In this document: one piece after another, positions 1-8,827 of the stretch | Position numbering within the stretch: the first letter of the stretch is position 1 | How the letters are laid out: every line of letters starts with the position of its first letter | DNA from: Candidatus Pyrohabitans jungbluthii | GTDB lineage: Archaea; Hydrothermarchaeota; Hydrothermarchaeia; Hydrothermarchaeales; BMS3B | NCBI GenBank assembly: GCA_002010065.2 | Contig: MTMD02000001.1 | Span: 1 to 64,000 of the forward strand | DNA: 64,000 bases | Reading direction: 5' to 3' | The notes under the pieces: generated by a model | Told to the model about the DNA's origin: nothing | The model's input: the letters and a program-made list of their open reading frames with translations, nothing else | The model's database searches: none | Program-made: the position numbers and the translations under genes

Positions 1-1195
1 GAAAGCTGGGTTTGAAGATGCTGAAAAGCAGTATGAGCACCATGGCGGTGGAGACATAAGCAGACAGCCTTTCAGCCTCATGGGTGGCAAAGAACTTCTC
101 CAAGATAAGGCGGAATATGTGGTGCCCATCCGTAGCCGCGATGCCCAAGTGGAGGGGGGCAAGGTTGACGAAACCAATCGCCTGGTTGAGCAAGGCAATC
201 CAATACAGGGAGTAGAATATCACCAGCGGGAGTACCAGGCCAACATATTGCCTAAACTCATCCTTCACCGGAAAGAACGGTCTAACGCCTATGAATCCCT
301 GCTCGGGGTTATCCTCCCGCGAAGCTGTTACAAGGTAGAACCTACCCCTGTCAGTAACTATTGAAATCCTCTCCCCGGGTTTTATTTTCATAACCACCCT
401 GTAAAAATCCTCTATGGTGTCAATCGCCTCATCCTGAATCTTCTTTATAATCATGCCCTTCTCCAGCACCTGCGAGGCTGGCGAACCCTCAACCACGTCG
501 ATTATCTGAACCCCTCCGCCAGTGGTTTCGTACATTGCTGAGATGTAGAAGGGGATGGAAAGGGAAACCAGGAAGGCGAGCAGAAGGTTCGCTGCCGAGC
601 CAGCGGAATAAACCTTGAGCTGGGTTAACCATGAGCTGCTTTTCAGCTTCTCCTCATCTGGCTCCACAAAGGCGCCCATGGGCACTACCCCAACGAGGGC
701 TATGCCCAGGCTTTTGATGGAAACCCGCTCCACGGTGGCGATAATACCATGCGCCAGCTCATGCACCACAAGCACTGAGATTAAGCCTATTATGCCGTAC
801 CAGAAGGGTATGGTGTATCCCGGCACAAGCGGCGTGGGCTGCAGCAGGTCTATGCGCTTAACTGAGAGGAAGTAAAAGCCTATAACAAGCATACCCACCA
901 TAACCAGAGTACCGACAATGCCCACAAAGGCTACGGGATACCCCACAGCCCTCCAAAATCTTGCGTAGCTTGCGATTTTGAAAATCAGCTCTTTGCCTCG
1001 CTCTGTCTTGATTATGAGCAGAATCGCGTGCCTGTCTATGTTCAGCTTCCCTTTCTCAGCAACTTCGAGTATAACCAGCCACAGAAGCACTGAACCAATC
1101 AAAAAAACCTCGAGCTTGGAAGGTTTTTCTTCCACGAAGGTAACCCAGAGAGCAGATAGGGTGGCGATTATCACAAACCATTGCCAGTTACGCAT
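1..1195 (-). CDS. Site-2 protease (M50 family membrane metalloprotease) with PDZ domain; 3' end runs off the window
   Basis: Not in the ORF track; translated by hand from ATG at 1195 (MRNWQWFV...). Contains HELAH zinc motif, GAFVEPDEE, SAGSAAN, PDZ-like VVEGSPA and NLAP...DG. Confidence 0.9.
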   Translation of the reverse strand, partial: MRNWQWFVIIATLSALWVTFVEEKPSKLEVFLIGSVLLWLVILEVAEKGKLNIDRHAILLIIKTERGKELIFKIASYARFWRAVGYPVAFVGIVGTLVMVGMLVIGFYFLSVKRIDLLQPTPLVPGYTIPFWYGIIGLISVLVVHELAHGIIATVERVSIKSLGIALVGVVPMGAFVEPDEEKLKSSSWLTQLKVYSAGSAANLLLAFLVSLSIPFYISAMYETTGGGVQIIDVVEGSPASQVLEKGMIIKKIQDEAIDTIEDFYRVVMKIKPGERISIVTDRGRFYLVTASREDNPEQGFIGVRPFFPVKDEFRQYVGLVLPLVIFYSLYWIALLNQAIGFVNLAPLHLGIAATDGHHIFRLILEKFFATHEAERLSAYVSTAMVLILLFSIFKPSF

Positions 1196-1235
1196 TGCGA
1201 CACCTTTTTATTTTCTCAGGTTTGAATACTATCCT

Positions 1236-1556
1236 ATGTACGCTGTAATATACATTACGGCAAAAGACGCCGTCCAGGCTAAGGAGATTGCCCGCAGGCT
1301 TGTAGAGGAGAGACTCGCAGCATGCGCAAATATTATAGAAAAGGTTACCTCCATATACTGGTGGCGCGGTAAGATTGAGGAGGATGAGGAGGCCTTTATC
1401 ATAGTAAAAACCATAAAAGAAAAGGTTCCCGCGATAGTAAAGCGGGTGAAGGAGCTTCATACCTACGAAGTGCCCGAGATTATAGCGCTTGAAATTGTAG
1501 AAGGAAGTGAAAATTACCTCCGCTGGCTGAGAGAGGAGGTAGGAGGAGACACATAA
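1236..1556 (+). CDS. cutA: Divalent-cation tolerance protein CutA
   Basis: MYAVIYIT...LVEERLAACANI...SIYWWRGKIE...HTYEVPEII; ATG at 1236 (the track start of 978 is an over-extension). Confidence 0.93.
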   Translation: MYAVIYITAKDAVQAKEIARRLVEERLAACANIIEKVTSIYWWRGKIEEDEEAFIIVKTIKEKVPAIVKRVKELHTYEVPEIIALEIVEGSENYLRWLREEVGGDT

Positions 1557-1575
1557 ACTTTTTCGAGGTTTGAGG

Positions 1576-2652
1576 ATGAAACTTGAAGAGCTAAAGGAGT
1601 TTATAGACGCCCTAGGCGACATGGTCTTGATAATAGGTAAGGATAGGAAGGTGCTTACTGCAAACAGAGCTCTGCTAGAGCGATGTAACTACAAACCGGA
1701 TGAAATTGTCGGCTCAGACTGCTACAAGGTAGGCCACTGCCTAAAAATTCCATGTCCTGAGGATGTAGTATGCCCACTTGAGGAGGTGGTCACCACAGGA
1801 GAGGTGAAGAGAACAGTTCACACTCACTACACCAAAAATGGTAAAAAGATCGTTTTGGAGATATCCGCCTCTCCTTTGAAGAAGGATGGAGAAATCATCG
1901 GAATTATAGAGATTATCCGCGATATAACAGATAGCTACAACCTTCAGGAAAACCTGAAGGCAAGTTTGAAAAAATTTGAGGAAACCCTAAAGATTAAGGA
2001 GCTTTTCAGCGATATCCTCACGCATGACCTCTTAAACGTGGCAAACATAATACTGCTGCAGAGCGAGATACTTCTGGAGCGAGAGTCGTGCGAAAACATA
2101 AAAGAAGATCTGAAGAAACTCCTGAAGAACACAGAACGATTGGTCACCATGATAGAAAACGCCGCAAAGTATGCGCACCTTCAGAGTCTGGAGAGTTTTG
2201 ATTTTAAGCAAATGGACTTGACCAAGCTTCTTGAAGGTGTCGTCAGCGCCTTTGATGAAGCTGCAAAGGAGAAGAACATAACCATAGAGGTTAAAGTTCG
2301 CGAGCCGAGGGTTGCAATGGTTAATCCGAATATAGAGTCGGTGTTTTACAACCTGATTTCCAATGCTATAAAATTCAGCCCTTCGGGAAAGAGCGTGGTG
2401 GTGGACATAATAGATGAGAAGGATAGCTACCTGATTATGGTGAAGGATTATGGCCCTGGAATACCTGACGTCGAAAAAGAAAGGATATTTGAGCGCTTTA
2501 AGCGAATAGAGAAGGGTACAGTCAAGGGCACCGGCCTGGGCTTGGCCATAGTTAAGCGCATCGCAGAGCTTCACCATGGCAAAGCCTGGGTGGAGGACAA
2601 CCCCGAGGGAGGGAGCATCTTCTACGTGAGAATACCAAAGAAGCAGAGGTGA
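1576..2652 (+). CDS. PAS-domain sensor histidine kinase (soluble)
   Basis: PAS/PAC region, H-box LTHDLLN, N-box NLISNAIKF, DYGPGI, GTGLGLAI. Confidence 0.92.
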   Translation: MKLEELKEFIDALGDMVLIIGKDRKVLTANRALLERCNYKPDEIVGSDCYKVGHCLKIPCPEDVVCPLEEVVTTGEVKRTVHTHYTKNGKKIVLEISASPLKKDGEIIGIIEIIRDITDSYNLQENLKASLKKFEETLKIKELFSDILTHDLLNVANIILLQSEILLERESCENIKEDLKKLLKNTERLVTMIENAAKYAHLQSLESFDFKQMDLTKLLEGVVSAFDEAAKEKNITIEVKVREPRVAMVNPNIESVFYNLISNAIKFSPSGKSVVVDIIDEKDSYLIMVKDYGPGIPDVEKERIFERFKRIEKGTVKGTGLGLAIVKRIAELHHGKAWVEDNPEGGSIFYVRIPKKQR

Positions 2653-2656
2653 AGGC

Positions 2657-4273
2657 ATGGCAGCGCTTTTTTGGGCAGATCAGAAGGCAGAGGAGATAAC
2701 TCAGCGCAAAAAGTTTCGTTACATAGACAGGGAGATCCCGAGCTTTGAGCGCTTTGTTGTAAAGACGAGCGCAAGCATCTCCGGGGTGCTGCATATAGGC
2801 AGGTTGAGCGATACAATACGCGGCGAGAGCGTTGTGCGTGCTCTCCGTGACGCGGGCTACAAAGCAGAGTTGATCTGGGTAGCCGAGGACATGGACCCGC
2901 TGCGTAAGATTCCTGAGGGCGTGCCGAAAGAGCTTGAGGAGTACATAGGCACGCCAGTTAGTGCTACGCCCGACCCCTGGGGATGCCACTCAAGCTATGC
3001 GGAGCACCACGTGGCGAGCTACTTTGAGGTTATGGAGGAGTTCATCGAAGTAAAGCCTGAGAAGTACTCCATGCGTGAGGAGTACAGACGGGGAAGCTTC
3101 CGCCCATTTATCAAGAAGCTCCTCGAGAACCTGGAGCAGGTTATTGAGATTCAGAATAAGTACAGGAGCAAGCCCCTTGAGAAGGGCTGGAGCCCGTTTA
3201 CGCCGGTGTGTAAATCCTGCGGCAAGATTATCACCCCCCGCATTGAGCGTTATGAGGAAGGCAAGGTGTACTACCGCTGCGAGGACTACGCCTTTGAGAA
3301 GCACGTCGCCAAGGGGTGCGGCTATGAAGGCATCGCGGACCCCCTCCGCGACGAGGGCAAGCTGATGTGGAAGAGCGAGTGGGCAGCGCAGTGGGCGCGC
3401 TGGCGCGTCGCTAGCGAGGGCGCGGGCAAGGAGTACGTGGTGCCTGGAAGCGCGTGGTGGGTTAACGCCGAGATATGCGAACGCGTGCTGGACTTTCCCA
3501 TGCCCGTGCCTATCTTCTATGAGCACCTGATGATAGATGGGCAGAAGATGAGCGCCTCGCTGGGCAACGTGGTCTACCCGCACGAATGGCTGCGCGTGGC
3601 TCCTGCGCAGCTTCTGCGCTTCCTCTACAACAAGAAACTCATGAAAACAAGAAGCTTCTCCTGGAGGGAGCTTCCAAAGCTGTACGACGAGTACGACCAC
3701 GTGGCGAGAGTTTACTATGGCCTTGAAAGCGTGGATAATGAGAAGGAGGCTGAGCACAAGCGCCGCCTATACGAGATGTCCCAGATAGGCGAACCTCAGC
3801 CTGCGCTGCCGTTGCCCTTCTCGCATGCGGCGATGGTGGCGCAGCTTTTCGCAAGCCGAGAGGCGGTAATCTCAAGCCTGAAGCGCTCAGGGCACTACTC
3901 GCCGGAGCTTGAGGAGGAGCTTCTCAAGCGCGTGGCGTACGCGAAGGAGTGGGTTGAGCGCTATGCGCCAGAGATGAAGCTCTCGCTACTTGATAAAGTT
4001 GAAGAGGTAAAAGAGAAGCTGACACCTGAGCAGCGCCAGTTTCTGCGCTCTCTCTGGGAATGGCTTTCGCAAGATGAGCGCTCCGGCGAGGAGATCCAGG
4101 AGAAGATATTCATCCTCGCTAAGGAGGTCAACCTCAGCGCTGCTAAAGCCTTCGGGGCGGTGTACATGGCAACGCTGGGCACAGCGCGAGGACCTCGCGC
4201 TGGTCCGTTCCTAGCCTCTCTCGACAGGGAGTGGCTTCTTGCAAGGCTGAGAGAGGTTACCCGAACGAAGTGA
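2657..4273 (+). CDS. lysS: Lysine--tRNA ligase, class I
   Basis: SG-LHIG and KMSAS motifs, CxxC zinc sites, GPRAG C-terminus. Confidence 0.95.
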   Translation: MAALFWADQKAEEITQRKKFRYIDREIPSFERFVVKTSASISGVLHIGRLSDTIRGESVVRALRDAGYKAELIWVAEDMDPLRKIPEGVPKELEEYIGTPVSATPDPWGCHSSYAEHHVASYFEVMEEFIEVKPEKYSMREEYRRGSFRPFIKKLLENLEQVIEIQNKYRSKPLEKGWSPFTPVCKSCGKIITPRIERYEEGKVYYRCEDYAFEKHVAKGCGYEGIADPLRDEGKLMWKSEWAAQWARWRVASEGAGKEYVVPGSAWWVNAEICERVLDFPMPVPIFYEHLMIDGQKMSASLGNVVYPHEWLRVAPAQLLRFLYNKKLMKTRSFSWRELPKLYDEYDHVARVYYGLESVDNEKEAEHKRRLYEMSQIGEPQPALPLPFSHAAMVAQLFASREAVISSLKRSGHYSPELEEELLKRVAYAKEWVERYAPEMKLSLLDKVEEVKEKLTPEQRQFLRSLWEWLSQDERSGEEIQEKIFILAKEVNLSAAKAFGAVYMATLGTARGPRAGPFLASLDREWLLARLREVTRTK

Positions 4274-4326
4274 GGGTGACGGAGTGAGCGAATAATTTAT
4301 ATACCCAGAGCATGAGGTTTCAAACC

Positions 4327-4539
4327 ATGGCGATTAGACCTGAGACCATGCTCAGAAACTCTCTTGGTAAGAAGGTGAGGATAACTACTCGCACGGGGAA
4401 AGAATACGTGGGCACCCTCAGGAGCTACGACGAGCTGGACAACCTCTACCTCGAGGACGTGGAAGAGGTGGACGGCGAGCTGAAACTTAAAAGAGCAATT
4501 TTTAAGGGTGGTAACATAACTTTTGTGATGAGGGTATGA
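4327..4539 (+). CDS. Sm/LSm-like RNA-binding protein
   Basis: About 70 aa with Sm1 (GKEYVGTLRSYDELDNLYL) and Sm2 (IFKGGNI) motifs. Confidence 0.85.
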   Translation: MAIRPETMLRNSLGKKVRITTRTGKEYVGTLRSYDELDNLYLEDVEEVDGELKLKRAIFKGGNITFVMRV

Positions 4540-4540
4540 G

Positions 4541-5116
4541 ATGCGCACCCTGGCAATTTTACTTATCGCCGCTCTCTTTCTGGGTTGCACCGCCAACGAA
4601 ACCTCACTTGCAAAGGGCGCACAAAACCCTGAGGTAACCACTCCTCCAGCGACAACGCAAGCCCCACAGCAGGAGGAAAAAGTCTACAAAAGCGAAAAAC
4701 TTGGCTTCGAGGCTCGCTATCCAGCGAACTGGCGGGTGGTAGAGGATAAGGTTGGCGAGGCTGAACTGGTTTTCTTCCTCGCGCCCAGAGGTAGCTATGG
4801 CACAGCGAACATAAACGTCGCCAGGGATGTGGCCAACCTTTCTCTTATAGAGTATGTGAATGAGATGAAGAACAACACCGCCACCCTGCTTAAAAACTAC
4901 ACCATAATAAGCGAGGGGGAAAAGCATTTGGGCGGGCATGCGGCGTATGAGCTGGTCTACACATACATGCAGGGTCCTTACACAATCAAAAACCACGCAG
5001 TGTTTGTTAAGGCTGGCGAAAACGTCTATCTGATAACCTTAGCCTCAGCGCCCGAGGAGTACGAGAGGCATGAGAAGGTTTTTGAAAAGTTTGTAGAGAG
5101 CTTCAGGGTTGAATAG
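4541..5116 (+). CDS. PsbP/DcrB-like lipoprotein
   Basis: Lipobox LFLGC, Pro/Thr linker, F..YPANW motif and C-terminal FVESFR. Confidence 0.7.
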   Translation: MRTLAILLIAALFLGCTANETSLAKGAQNPEVTTPPATTQAPQQEEKVYKSEKLGFEARYPANWRVVEDKVGEAELVFFLAPRGSYGTANINVARDVANLSLIEYVNEMKNNTATLLKNYTIISEGEKHLGGHAAYELVYTYMQGPYTIKNHAVFVKAGENVYLITLASAPEEYERHEKVFEKFVESFRVE

Positions 5117-6235
5117 CTAATCCCTGGCCATAAAATCCTCAATTACATCCTTCGCCTTTTCCCGCTTCTCCTGGTGCTCCACCAGGAAGCGCTCCACCTT
5201 CTCTGCCAGGTAGCGCTTGTGCTCTCCACAGAGAAGCTCGCCTTTTACGCAGGCTTCGTATTGCTCCTTGATTTTCTTATCGTCTTCTTCAAAAATGTAG
5301 TAGAGGTACTGGTAGACTGAGCACACACTGGGATTGCCTCCAAGCTTGCGCTGCAGCGCCGCCGTTTCCCGTCCGCCGGTGAAGGCGTTCATTATCTTCT
5401 TCCTTGCTTCCTTGGGTGAGTCTGTGGTATAGATGCTGCTCTCAGGCTTGCTCGCCGACATCTTGTCTCCACCGAGCAGAGAAGGGAAGAATTTGCAGTG
5501 TATCAGCGCTGGCTTGGGATAGCCTAAATGCGGCGCAGCGTCGCGGGTTATTCTGAAGTGGGGGTCCTGATCTATTGCACATGGGATGAGCACCGGCACA
5601 GGCTTACCCTGACGCTCGCTCTCCAGGAAGCAGGGCGCCGACTGCATACTTGTGAAGAAGATTAACCCTATATTCGTCTCGTTTTTGAAGCCGAATACAG
5701 CTTTCGCAGTCGAAAAAGTGGTTCGCTTCGCCACCTTCAGCGCGAGCTTGTACTGGGACTTTATGTACTCAGTGTTGAGGAAGATATCAGTCTTCTTTGG
5801 ATCAAAGCCGAGGGCAATCACGTCGAGGGCGTTTTCGTAGGCGAACCTGCGGGTATCCTCAAGGGTGAGCTCGGGCTTGAACAGGAACTTCTCGTCGTCG
5901 GTGAGCTGAAACAGGAGCTTGGCGTTGAACTTATCCTGCAACCACTTGGTGAATATCCAGGGCATGAGGTGCCCCAGGTGGGTGTGACCGCTGGGTCCTC
6001 GCCCAGTGTAAAGCACAAAGGGGTTGCCCTTCTCGTATTCGCTGAGAACCCAGTTGAGGGAGCGGTGTGAGTAGAATATCTTCCTGCGCAGCATGAGGTG
6101 GAGCTCGCCAGTGAGCCTGCGGAACCTCTCCAGCAGAGCGTCGTCTATGGGCGAGGTGCCGAACTTCTCTATGAGCTTGTCGTAGTCCACCTCACCTACA
6201 ACTTCCCACGGCGTAACCACGAAGTCCTCTGGCAT
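5117..6235 (-). CDS. trpS: Tryptophan--tRNA ligase
   Basis: YTGRGPSG-HLGH, IPCAIDQDPHFR, KMSAS. Confidence 0.96.
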   Translation of the reverse strand: MPEDFVVTPWEVVGEVDYDKLIEKFGTSPIDDALLERFRRLTGELHLMLRRKIFYSHRSLNWVLSEYEKGNPFVLYTGRGPSGHTHLGHLMPWIFTKWLQDKFNAKLLFQLTDDEKFLFKPELTLEDTRRFAYENALDVIALGFDPKKTDIFLNTEYIKSQYKLALKVAKRTTFSTAKAVFGFKNETNIGLIFFTSMQSAPCFLESERQGKPVPVLIPCAIDQDPHFRITRDAAPHLGYPKPALIHCKFFPSLLGGDKMSASKPESSIYTTDSPKEARKKIMNAFTGGRETAALQRKLGGNPSVCSVYQYLYYIFEEDDKKIKEQYEACVKGELLCGEHKRYLAEKVERFLVEHQEKREKAKDVIEDFMARD

Positions 6236-6345
6236 AGCTTGGGGTTAAGCGTTTCGGAAATATAAAGGCTGTGGTTGGGTGGGGTGTGGGTAGAGGATAT
6301 GTAGTAGTAAGCACTAAACAGTTATCATAGTGAGGGATTATCCTT

Positions 6346-7599
6346 TTACATTCTCTTTTTGATTTCCTTAAAAGTCCAGATATTGTGAAAACCTCTCCGT
6401 TTATTACGATTACTCCCCCTAAATATAACAACGTGAATACCAATATCTTTGCATATATCACAGTTACAAGTTTCCCATGGCTTATCTTCCAAGGTTCTGC
6501 GATATTTTTCCTCTAGATTTCTCCCATCTGTATTTCGAAGAAGAAGTTTGTCGTATCTTAACACTATATTTAGTACATCATCTATATCAATTTCCCCTCT
6601 TTCATATTTAATTAATGCACTTAAAGCTTCTCTTTCCATTTTTTTGAGTTCTTCAACAGAAAAACCATTTAAATCTGCATTTTTTAAGACTCTTGGGTCT
6701 GTAGCTTGAGGCACTCTTATGGCAGTATACCATTTACCATTTGGTGCCAGATAGTTTTGTCCAGACCTTAGCCACGCTTTGCGAAAGAATGAAGCACTGT
6801 CAAAGCTTGTCACACCCAACGTCTCAAAATCTTTCAAATGATTTGGCCTCGAAATACCAAACAAATGAACATTTAATCCATCAACAAATGGTTGAATCTC
6901 TTGTAAAACTTCTAAAATGAAGTCTGTTGTATATTGGACAAGCCCACCAATGCCGATATATTCATAGCCCATATCAACCAGAGCTTTAACAGAGCTTTTG
7001 TATGTTTCTAAATCATATCCCTGAGCTACACCTACTGGAATAAAACTATATTTATTTTCCCTGTGTAATTTCAAAAATTTTTTTGCATTTTTTATTGTAA
7101 TTTTAATCCTACGATTTTTTTCTCTTTTAGATAAGATTTTCTTTTTTCTTTTACCTGTTTTCTTGTCTCTAACAAAGATATAGTCTACAACCAAGTGATC
7201 AACTGAGACTCCATAATCAAAACCCAATTTTTCATATAAATTTGATACATTCTCTACAGTATAAAATGGCGGTGGTTCTTTTTCTTTTACGTACCCAAAT
7301 GCCCCACAATCACCCATAACCACCAACGACAATTCTTCTGGAATCTTTAAGTAATTTTTTATATTTGTCTGGTTTCTTATCTTATAATGGACACCATCAC
7401 CATTTAAAGATATCTTTGATTGAAATACGCTTAAACTAAACAAAATTCCGTCATAAGGAGGCTCTTTAAATATTTGATGAGCATATACATCATTTTCATA
7501 GGGATTTTTTTTATGTTCTTCAGAATATTCATCATTAACAAAATCGAAGTTTGGATCTAACCTGTCTTCCCAATCAGGCAAAAAATATTTTAGTTTCAT
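6346..7599 (-). CDS. dpdA: DpdA-type deazaguanine DNA transglycosylase (TGT paralogue)
   Basis: N-terminal YFLPDWEDRLDPNFDF...YAHQIF..PPYDGIL, catalytic GDCGAF and SFDSAS aspartates, HLFG, zinc site CNCDIC...RRGFHN; matches my recollection of DpdA rather than tRNA-acting TGT. Confidence 0.85.
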   Translation of the reverse strand: MKLKYFLPDWEDRLDPNFDFVNDEYSEEHKKNPYENDVYAHQIFKEPPYDGILFSLSVFQSKISLNGDGVHYKIRNQTNIKNYLKIPEELSLVVMGDCGAFGYVKEKEPPPFYTVENVSNLYEKLGFDYGVSVDHLVVDYIFVRDKKTGKRKKKILSKREKNRRIKITIKNAKKFLKLHRENKYSFIPVGVAQGYDLETYKSSVKALVDMGYEYIGIGGLVQYTTDFILEVLQEIQPFVDGLNVHLFGISRPNHLKDFETLGVTSFDSASFFRKAWLRSGQNYLAPNGKWYTAIRVPQATDPRVLKNADLNGFSVEELKKMEREALSALIKYERGEIDIDDVLNIVLRYDKLLLRNTDGRNLEEKYRRTLEDKPWETCNCDICKDIGIHVVIFRGSNRNKRRGFHNIWTFKEIKKRM

Positions 7600-7609
7600 A
7601 ACTATCCAC

Positions 7610-8815
7610 CTATGGTACTGTTGGATGATAAGGTCCTCCTGATTTTTCTATTTGGCTATTAGCCCCTCTACAAAATGTCTTAAAATCACATGTCGTACAA
7701 TTCCTTTTAAGTGGATTTGAATACCAGGAAGAGGTTATAGGATTGCCATTCATTTCAGATAAAACACTATTTTCAATTTTTCTGACCACCCTATCGAATT
7801 CTTGAAGAGCATTTTGAATTCGACTTTTATCAACTGGGATTATTCTAATTGATCTCTGTTCTCTGAATAACGTAGAAAGCTGAGGTGGAAAAGTATTTTT
7901 TTCCCAATCTTGAATCAACTGTAGGTCTAATCCCTGAGGCATTACATCTGTTGCATTATTCCTTACATCATTTTGGAGTTCTTTCATATCTTCTTGAGAT
8001 GGTGCCAACTCATTAATATAAAATATTATTCCCGCAACAACTTCTCGAGACTGATGTTGTCGCTTACGAAGCCATGCATACGTAAGTATTTGCCACTCAT
8101 GATACTCCCATGACGGATCTTTTGAAGAAGGTCTCCTCATACCTTTATAGTCGATTATTATTTCATACTCTGGAGATGACAGTCTCTTTATTATATTTTG
8201 TAATTGAGAATTTTGATGGAGATAATGTAAAATTAAATTCCCAGAGGGAGCGTTTTGGAGATTTACAGAACTTATTACGTCTATGACCCCTGTAATTCCA
8301 TAATAGTTACACCTATCTCTTGGCTGATAGTCAGGCATATCACGAATCCCTCTTAGTCTCACCTCTGCCTCATCAATTAATGGAAATAAATGAGGGCCCC
8401 AGGTATTAATTGCTGCCTCTGCCCTTTGACTTGCGATCAATTTATGTGGATGATTTGGATCGGGACATAAACCTGGGCGTGAAAAATTTGTATCATATGG
8501 ACAAAAAACCCGTGGCGGTGGATTTAACCCTCTTGCTTTTAATCTTCGATTTATTCGTAGTTCAATCTCTCTGATTTCAGAGTCCCATCTCCATGGAAAC
8601 TTTCTTTTTAGTGAATCCTGATGCCACTCAAGAAAAGCTTCTTCCATAACACCATGTATAAATTCCCCAAACCATATCTGGACAGGTTTAGATGGTGGCA
8701 GAGAATTTCTGTTATGGAGTCTATATTGAAGTCCACACGTTAAGAATGCCAACAAGTCTCCAGTTAGACTGTATTCAGGAATTTTATATGGTGGTTGATT
8801 TACAGATAGTGGCAT
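7610..8815 (-). CDS. PD-(D/E)XK nuclease with probable 4Fe-4S staple (AddB/Cas4-like)
   Basis: N-terminal Cys (LTCGLQY), GVIDV, IIDYKG, QILTY motif, C-terminal CTTCDFKTFC. Confidence 0.85.
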   Translation of the reverse strand: MPLSVNQPPYKIPEYSLTGDLLAFLTCGLQYRLHNRNSLPPSKPVQIWFGEFIHGVMEEAFLEWHQDSLKRKFPWRWDSEIREIELRINRRLKARGLNPPPRVFCPYDTNFSRPGLCPDPNHPHKLIASQRAEAAINTWGPHLFPLIDEAEVRLRGIRDMPDYQPRDRCNYYGITGVIDVISSVNLQNAPSGNLILHYLHQNSQLQNIIKRLSSPEYEIIIDYKGMRRPSSKDPSWEYHEWQILTYAWLRKRQHQSREVVAGIIFYINELAPSQEDMKELQNDVRNNATDVMPQGLDLQLIQDWEKNTFPPQLSTLFREQRSIRIIPVDKSRIQNALQEFDRVVRKIENSVLSEMNGNPITSSWYSNPLKRNCTTCDFKTFCRGANSQIEKSGGPYHPTVP

Positions 8816-8827
8816 ACTCTCACCTCC

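Noticed and set aside
978-1235. Long N-terminal extension of CutA
   Set aside because: Overlaps the opposite-strand site-2 protease gene; CutA similarity starts at 1236.
6268-6297. GGGT-repeat tract (possible G-quadruplex) at the island's left edge
   Set aside because: A single short occurrence with no matching sequence at the other boundary.
6346-7599. Archaeosine tRNA-guanine transglycosylase (tgtA)
   Set aside because: No PUA or other C-terminal tRNA-binding domains; DpdA-like termini and island context.
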